40,302 nucleotides of DNA, taken from Octopus bimaculoides (lineage: Eukaryota). Below are positions 34,131 to 40,302 of the stretch, one piece after another. The translations under genes and the position numbers were made by a program. The notes below the pieces were generated by a model. That model had not been told where the DNA came from, did no database searches, and was given only the letters and a program-made list of their open reading frames with translations. The stretch is from the NCBI RefSeq assembly GCF_001194135.2, contig NC_068990.1:52354006-52394307 (forward strand). The letters are read 5' to 3'. How positions within the stretch are numbered: the stretch's first letter is position 1; each line of letters begins with the position of its first letter.

Positions 34131-35149
34131 TTAATCCAATCTTCAAAACTAATAGAGCTTCATGTCCTTGAGATAGATGAGTTTAATGACCTGAAACTTA
34201 TGGAAGTTCAGAGAGATACTAGGTGATGCTTATAATGAAAAGGAAACCTGCTGCAAGTCACAGACCAGATCTGTGGATGGAGCAAAGTGTCAATGAAGCA
34301 AAAGGTAACATGTTGGCATAATGGTACAATACACAGAACTATAAAAACTAAAAGACTAACCATAGAGCAATATCAGAAATGAGAAAAGGATTAAAAAAAC
34401 AGTGTTCTGGATTTTTAAAACTGTTAGAAAAAGGACACTGATGTAGAAGAAAGAAATATGGAAATAGTACAAGTGTTCCTGCTAAAGATCTTTCTAATAG
34501 AACTAATGAAACAGTAAAAAGAGATATAAGAAAATAGTGAAAGTAGCTAGGACCATCAGAGTTGATGTGACGTTAAAAATATCTAGTTATGCTGATCACA
34601 TGCATAGTCCATTTCATCAATAACCTTCACCAATCCACAGCATATTAAAATTCAGAATAAATAGACAAGCACCACTACAAAATAGAAGAGCTTGTAATCC
34701 AATCAGGTCTTCTGTCAAATATAATTTAAATAACAGGTCATTAATTTACTGAAGAAAACAAACATTGTACTTATGAGTGAAAGCTATTAGAATCATGGTC
34801 ATAGTCTCCAACTTTATATCAGATATGTCATTTGATTTACTCCTTAACAAAGCACAATATATTTGCTCCAATTTGTCTGATAGAAGATACAGGATTCACA
34901 TCACAAAAATATCATTGGTAATGGGAAAACTATCTTCCCTATGGTAAAATCAACAGGTCTAACAATATTCACCACATGTTAAAATAAACAGATAAAATAT
35001 GTCACCAAACAAATGAAGAATCAATTACAAGCAGACTTTGAAGAAAATATACAATTAGAATATATAATAATAGAAAAAAATGCTACCTAATTCCAAACAG
35101 ACAAATTACTTGTACATGTATAACACAAAGTTGCAAACTGAAACAGTTT

Positions 35150-35935
35150 ATATTTGATGGTCATATGATGTGTGTGGATGAGGACAGCTGCATAAAGTAT
35201 TCCTCTCTAAATGTGGAAGGAAGCTCTGGAAGAGGAAGACCCAAGAAGGTGTGTGATGAAGTGGTGACAAATGATCTTCAGATATTGATCCTCACAGATG
35301 ACAACTGACGAAGACAACTGGTAATATGCTGTGCTTCAGAAGACCCACCCTCAAAGCAAAATCCATGTCCATGTGACCCTACCTCTCTCACAACCCACCA
35401 TGCTCACCACTGCTGTTTCCCACTTCCCCTCCATTCTTCCTCATGTGTCCAACTACTTACCTGAACACAATATGCCTGTTAAATCCCTGCTGCCTCTAGC
35501 TCCCACTTCTCCTTTTGAAATCTTATGAACCCACCAACCCTCTCCATTCCCCAGTCCACTCCATTATAATACATCAGCCTGTAACTGCTCTCACCTGTTA
35601 CAGATTCACCATTGTTCTCTCCCCCACCTCTCTCTTATCCATATGAAGATGCCATGTCTCTCTTCTAATACAAGACACCTTTCTGCCCTTTAATACCCTC
35701 CCTTTTGAGTTTTTTCCTGCAAATTATTTTGTGATCGCACTGCTGCTGGTGCCATGTAAAAAGCATCCAGTACACACTGTAAAGTGGTTCTTGTTAGGAA
35801 GAGTATCCAGCCATAGAAACCGGGCTAAAACAGACAGCAGAGCTTGATGCAAGTCTTCTGACTTGTCTGTTCCTGTCAAACCAACCAAACCATGACAGCA
35901 CAGAAAATGGATGTTAAATGATGATGGTGATGACT
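35150..35935 (+). mobile_element. RTE 3' end: C-terminal coding remnant, pyrimidine-rich UTR and (GAT)n tail
   Basis: DGHMMCVDEDSCIKYSSLNVEGSSGRGRPKKVCDE (cf. YGHVARMDEDSCLKKCHTLVVEETCGRGRPRKTWDE), then ...gttaaatgatgatggtgatgac. Confidence 0.8.
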
Positions 35936-36049
35936 TAGCTGGTTTTCTGGTTCTAGACATTAAAACTTAAAAATTACAGAGTTACAAAACTCCAATCACA
36001 TTTTAGTGTACTGTCACCTTGAGTAAAGTCAGTCAATGTTTATGAACAT

Positions 36050-36310
36050 CCCCAGAAAAGACTGCCAGTATTCAAATATTTACCCATCAATTTATTATGT
36101 TCATGTTGGCTATAATCACCAACATTATGTGACACTACTTGAGAGTTGGATTCCTTCCTGGAGACCTCTTTATACTCAAGCAAATTACCATTCTAAATAT
36201 ATGCCACACACTGCCAAATCCATGATGGCAAACACTGAAATCAATTCCATGGAAAATTCATTAAAAAATTCTCCATTGAAAGTATCTCCAGCCATCATGT
36301 GAAAACAACT
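36050..36310 (-). mobile_element. Very decayed RTE endonuclease fragment
   Basis: Minus strand gctggagatactttcaatgg...catcatggatttggcagtgtg resembles AGDFNG...HGFG. Confidence 0.4.
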
Positions 36311-36664
36311 CACTTAGTGTGACCTACTCACAATATTAATCACTTTAAAAATCACACAATATCTGACTAATAGAGCTGTCATAAAAAGTTTTGCTCTAAA
36401 GTAGGAATGCATCACAAATGTTAATTTCTTTTTACATAGTTCAGTCTAATGAAGAAACGTATGAAGATGAGGGAAGGAGAGGAAAGACTGAGAAAATAAA
36501 TGATTTAATTTTAGAAGTATCTGCTTTAGTAAATAATAATGAAGTTATTTGAAAGTCATCTATAAGCGACGCATGTGTACATGCACACACAAACAACACT
36601 TTCTTCAAACTCTGTTCTAAAAGATACTTCAAGCTATGTTGATAGTTCCAAAATAAATATTTAC

Positions 36665-36983
36665 CTCTTCCTCGACCTCTTCCAAAGTTACGTTCTCTGC
36701 CACCATCTTCATTACTTTCATCTTCATTTTCTTTGTTTTCTCGGAAGTCACTTCTGTCTCTTCCTCTGGAACGTGCATGTCTTGGTGCAACAGGTCCAGT
36801 GCGTCGTGCACGCCTATGTCCAAACTCAGCTCTGTCAGCTGTGCGATGTTCACAATCTTTACTACGTTCCCGAATCTCTGATCTGTTTTCAGAAATATGA
36901 TTGGAGACAGGTTCTGACTTGGGAGTGGAGGCAGCAGCAGTATTGGTGCGTTTCTTTTTCTTTCCAGACTCTTTCCACTCACC
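36665..36983 (-). CDS. UBAP2L: UBAP2L-like internal exon (319 nt), the basic/RGG region that follows the UBA domain
   Basis: ctattgcAG|GGTGAG...AGAG|GTAAAT. It encodes GEWKESGKKKKRT...RSRGRDRSDFRENKENEDESNEDGGRERNFGRGRGR, paralleling vertebrate UBAP2L (W..VGKKK ... RGREFRGQENG ... GRGRGR). The identity is from recalled family motifs. Confidence 0.85.
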
Positions 36984-37429
36984 CTGCAATAGAGGACATC
37001 TCACAACTTAGAGCAACCATTTCTTGTCAAAATATAATAATGGGTCAATGAAAACACCAGTTCAAAATAACTAAATATTCAGTCAGTACATTCTAGCAGA
37101 TATATCTATGTTATAGTAAAAACAGTTCAATGATATTGTGTAAGAGTTTCATAACATCACAGAATCATGAAACTAAGACCAATATAGTGAGAAATACAAT
37201 TACAGCAGAGTAAACTAATAAACAAAATAACCAGTTAACCTTGGATTTTTTATAATAATAATGCCAGTTTTGTGAATGAGAGCAACTACTCACATACAGG
37301 TGCACGCCACTTTGTGAGCGAGAAACTCATCTTAATAAGCTGAACTCTACAAAGGGATTTTCAAGAATCATGACAAGTGATGAGATACAGCACTAGACAA
37401 GACCTGTGCAAATGTATGACAAAATAGAT

Positions 37430-37935
37430 GTGGCACGTTTCTTTATTAGAAGTCATCATTCTCTCTTGTTCTCAGATTATCCTGTCTTATCACTCTTACC
37501 ATTACTCACTTCTATTGCCTTTGTTACAATCCACCACCTCCCCACTTTACCTCTCCTGTAGTGTTTCTATTCAATATCCTAATCAACAAAGAGCTACTTA
37601 TTGTCTTCTGCTATTACTTTCCTTATAATTCTCAGGTTCTTTATCACTGCCCCCTACCTCATCATTATTTCTTCTTTATAACTCTCTTGCTCTGGGTTTC
37701 TTGCTCAGCCACTACATGTAGCAGAGAGAGAGAGTGCCTTAATTTTGCCACGGTCAAGGCAGTGTGTTGTTATCTTTTCCAACATAAACTGAAATGGAGA
37801 TGGCATTTGGAAGAGAATCTAACCATAGAAACCATGCTAAAAGTTAAGAGACAGGCAGTCCCTGATACAGCTAAGAAAGCAGTAACTTGAACTATAACTT
37901 GTCTAACCCATACCAGCATGGAAAGCATGAAACAA
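37430..37935 (+). mobile_element. RTE 3' UTR / SINE-like tail remnant
   Basis: Pyrimidine-rich stretch followed by ccatagaaaccatgctaaa...cttgtctaacccataccagcatggaaagcatg. Confidence 0.6.
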
Positions 37936-38467
37936 TGTACTGAGCTAACCCCACCCTAACTCCATCCCTTCCTCTTATCTCAGCACATCTCTACTCACTA
38001 AAATGCAAGAGAATCAGCTGAAACTGAATAGCTGACCACTCCTTTCTCTTAGTTATCCTGAGAGATGATTGACACCAAGTGTTGCTATTCTCAAAATTCA
38101 TGCCACTCCCCTTAAAACAACAACGTAGGCTATTTCATTTGAATAAATTACCTTGCATATCATTACATGTCTGCCTTTTGTATAGAGTATGAATCACTAT
38201 AGCCAACAGCTCTTTCAACTTAGTGTACCCATATTCTAGTCATAACACTAATTATAACCTCACCCGCTACCAAATAGGTCTCCCAAGTAAAATGAACCAT
38301 CTAATATCTAACAGGTCATATGAACAGTTCATGAACTTCAGCTGTTCCTACTGAGAACTACACTTGTGCATCTCAAATCCTAACTCTGTCCATCTGGCAA
38401 CAGATCTTATAGCATCTTCTTGCTGTTCAGCCTATTGCTTCAGTAACAGATTATCTCTTTTCCTACA

Positions 38468-38960
38468 CTAGCAGTATAGCCTGGCGTTGCCAAGGATTAA
38501 GTAAGGACTATTAAGCTAATAAAGCGCTTTGTTTCAAACCAAACTAAGTAACACCGATGTCACATTTGAGCGAAATCCGTTGAAATTGGTAAACGTTTGG
38601 CTGAAGTTGGGTTGCAGACAATTTGATTGGGAAATCCCATAAGGAATTGGCTTATTGATTTTTCCACTCATCAATTGTATTTTTTTTTTTTTTTTGGAGA
38701 ACTTAAAGCATTCAAAAATCCCATGAGTCCTAAGCAACACCAGCATCAAGTTTGAACTAAATACATCAAAATTGGTAAAAGAAAGTTATGCTTGAAAATG
38801 GGGTGTAGCCAATTTTAGTGAGAAATCCTTTTAGGAATCGGTTTATTGATTTTCATCCTGATTGAATGGAAAACTGCATAAGGAATTAGTCTATTGATTT
38901 TTCACCCCAAATAAGACGTAACTGAACATAACATTGCTGATTCAAAAAACCTATATTTAT
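38468..38960 (-). mobile_element. Non-autonomous Helitron (3' end at 38468; right boundary approximate)
   Basis: Minus strand: hairpin CCTTGGCAACGCCAGG, then ~8 nt, then CTAG|T, the canonical Helitron 3' terminus. Confidence 0.7.
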
Positions 38961-39345
38961 ACTCTAAAGTTGGTTTTCACACCCAACTCAGTTCTGCAGA
39001 ATCAGTGCCACGACAAGAATGCATAGGTTGGGAGTTTGACCGGCAGAAATGATCAGGTTGCACATGCTGGCCCTTTTGAAACCACCACCCCCATCATCTA
39101 AACCCCCTTGGCCCATGGGTTGGGAGCCCTTCCAGCAAGGAAAATAGAATGCCCAAAAGGGCTCCCGATCCTCTGTATCAGAAGAGGTTATGTTCAGATC
39201 ACAACTAAGCCTAAGCTAACCTAGCAAAAAGGGGCTCAGGAGCCTCTGAAAAGCAGTGACTAATCCCGATCTAGACCTAACCACTCCTAGGGGTACTATC
39301 GATCAAGATGCATCGAAGATATGCATGCTATTATATATATATATA

Positions 39346-39979
39346 CTAGCAGTATAACCCGACCTTGTCCGGGTGTGACTTATTATGCCATCTACGAAAA
39401 GTCTTGCTAGCTGAAAATCAACTAAAAAAGAAAGCCTTACAATGAAAAAACCCTTATGATGTAAATATGTTCATAATTCAAAAGACGATGAAATTAATAG
39501 GGAAAGTCTGAAGGCTGTTTTGCGTAAAATTATTAAGCATACGTAAATTTCATCGGTGTAATTGGCTATAGAAATGCTTGTGCAAAACAACTTTTTGCGC
39601 TGCCCTGATTATACATAGCAGGGTAATCCCTTTTCACAGGAGCTAGGATGGCAATTTGTGATGAAGCAATTCCTGGCGATCTGTTGCTAAACAGTTTTAT
39701 CAGAATTCTATCAGATTGGGCAGAAGGTGTTGATGCACCATTTTGCATTATGTTCAAAGTAGCTACTGGAATGTGGTGAATTGCTGCAGTCTGTGGCTGT
39801 CATTTTAAACCGGTTGCTGTCTTTCCCCAGCAAACTCTCTTCTTTGGAGGCATAATCTATGTATATATTAAACAGAACAACNNNNNNNNNNACCGGTTGC
39901 TGTCTTTCCCCAGCAAACTCTCTTCTTTGGAGGCATAATCTATGTATATATTAAACAGAACAACAAAAGTTATAATAGA
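39346..39979 (-). mobile_element. Non-autonomous Helitron
   Basis: Minus-strand 3' end: hairpin CCCGGACAAGGTCGGG (39358-39373), TTATACTG, CTAG|T. A possible A|TC 5' end lies at 39980/39979. An internal remnant MPPKKRVCWGKTATGLK* continues into the 39566-39757 ORF. Confidence 0.7.
39809..39964. other. 73-bp exact duplication around a 10-N gap (unmerged contig overlap)
   Basis: 39809-39881 is identical to 39892-39964. Confidence 0.92.
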
Positions 39980-40043
39980 TGGCAGGGTCGGTACTTTTCA
40001 CATATCTGTAACTTTTCAGATTAACACCCGCACGATTACCCAT

Positions 40044-40141
40044 CCCTAATCCTAAACCTAATCCTAACACTAACACTAACCCTAACACTGACCCTAACAC
40101 TAACCGTAACATTAATCCTAAACCCTAACCCTAACACCCTA
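40044..40141 (-). repeat. Degenerate interstitial (TTAGGG)n-like array
   Basis: Plus strand ccctaatcctaaacctaatcctaacactaacactaaccctaac...accctaaccctaacacccta. Confidence 0.8.
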
Positions 40142-40302
40142 GTGAAAATCTTGGTAAATTTACAAAACATTGACGAACAGGAGTTATATTTTACTGAATG
40201 ATTGTGTACTTGCACGTGTATGCTTTTGAGAGAGCGAGAGAGGAAGAGGTAGAGAGGGGGAGAGAAAGGAATAGGGGTAGTTAAAAGTTTTCTTATGACT
40301 GC

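Noticed and set aside
36629-36982. A second fully open reading frame (117 aa) overlapping the UBAP2L exon on the same strand, and a 158-aa antisense ORF (36575-37051), suggesting dual coding
   Set aside because: The real frame is almost devoid of Leu/Ile/Val/Met codons, which are what create stops in the shifted frame, so openness is expected. Splice phases of the neighbouring exons fit only the RGG frame.

Overview
This is AT-rich, repeat-dense animal genomic DNA from a gapped draft scaffold with 8 N-runs. The SINE families look like those of Octopus (coleoid cephalopod); that assignment is recognition from memory, not a database result. There is no prokaryotic content, CRISPR array or bona fide rRNA/tRNA gene, and most ORFs in the supplied track are noise from microsatellites, N-runs or repeats. 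One host gene is supported: four minus-strand exons (36665-36983, 29896-29923, 29203-29291, 26710-26765) splice in frame into a 164-aa RGG-rich segment resembling UBAP2/UBAP2L/Lingerer. Its UBA exons and C-terminal exons are not visible here. A CpG- and motif-rich promoter-like region at about 15.4-16.3 kb has no identifiable gene. The rest is transposable elements: a decayed RTE LINE with a PHD-like finger inside its reverse transcriptase, many RTE fragments and tRNA-SINEs sharing its 3' tail, two full-length dead mariners (one splitting an older LINE), Helitron ends, a piggyBac-type MITE and Penelope-like palindromes. The most unusual object is a 2.25-kb non-LTR element bounded by a 9-bp target-site duplication, inserted in a SINE tRNA head. 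It encodes only a gag/ORF1-like zinc-knuckle protein and has no ORF2 (a HAL1/HeT-A-like design).
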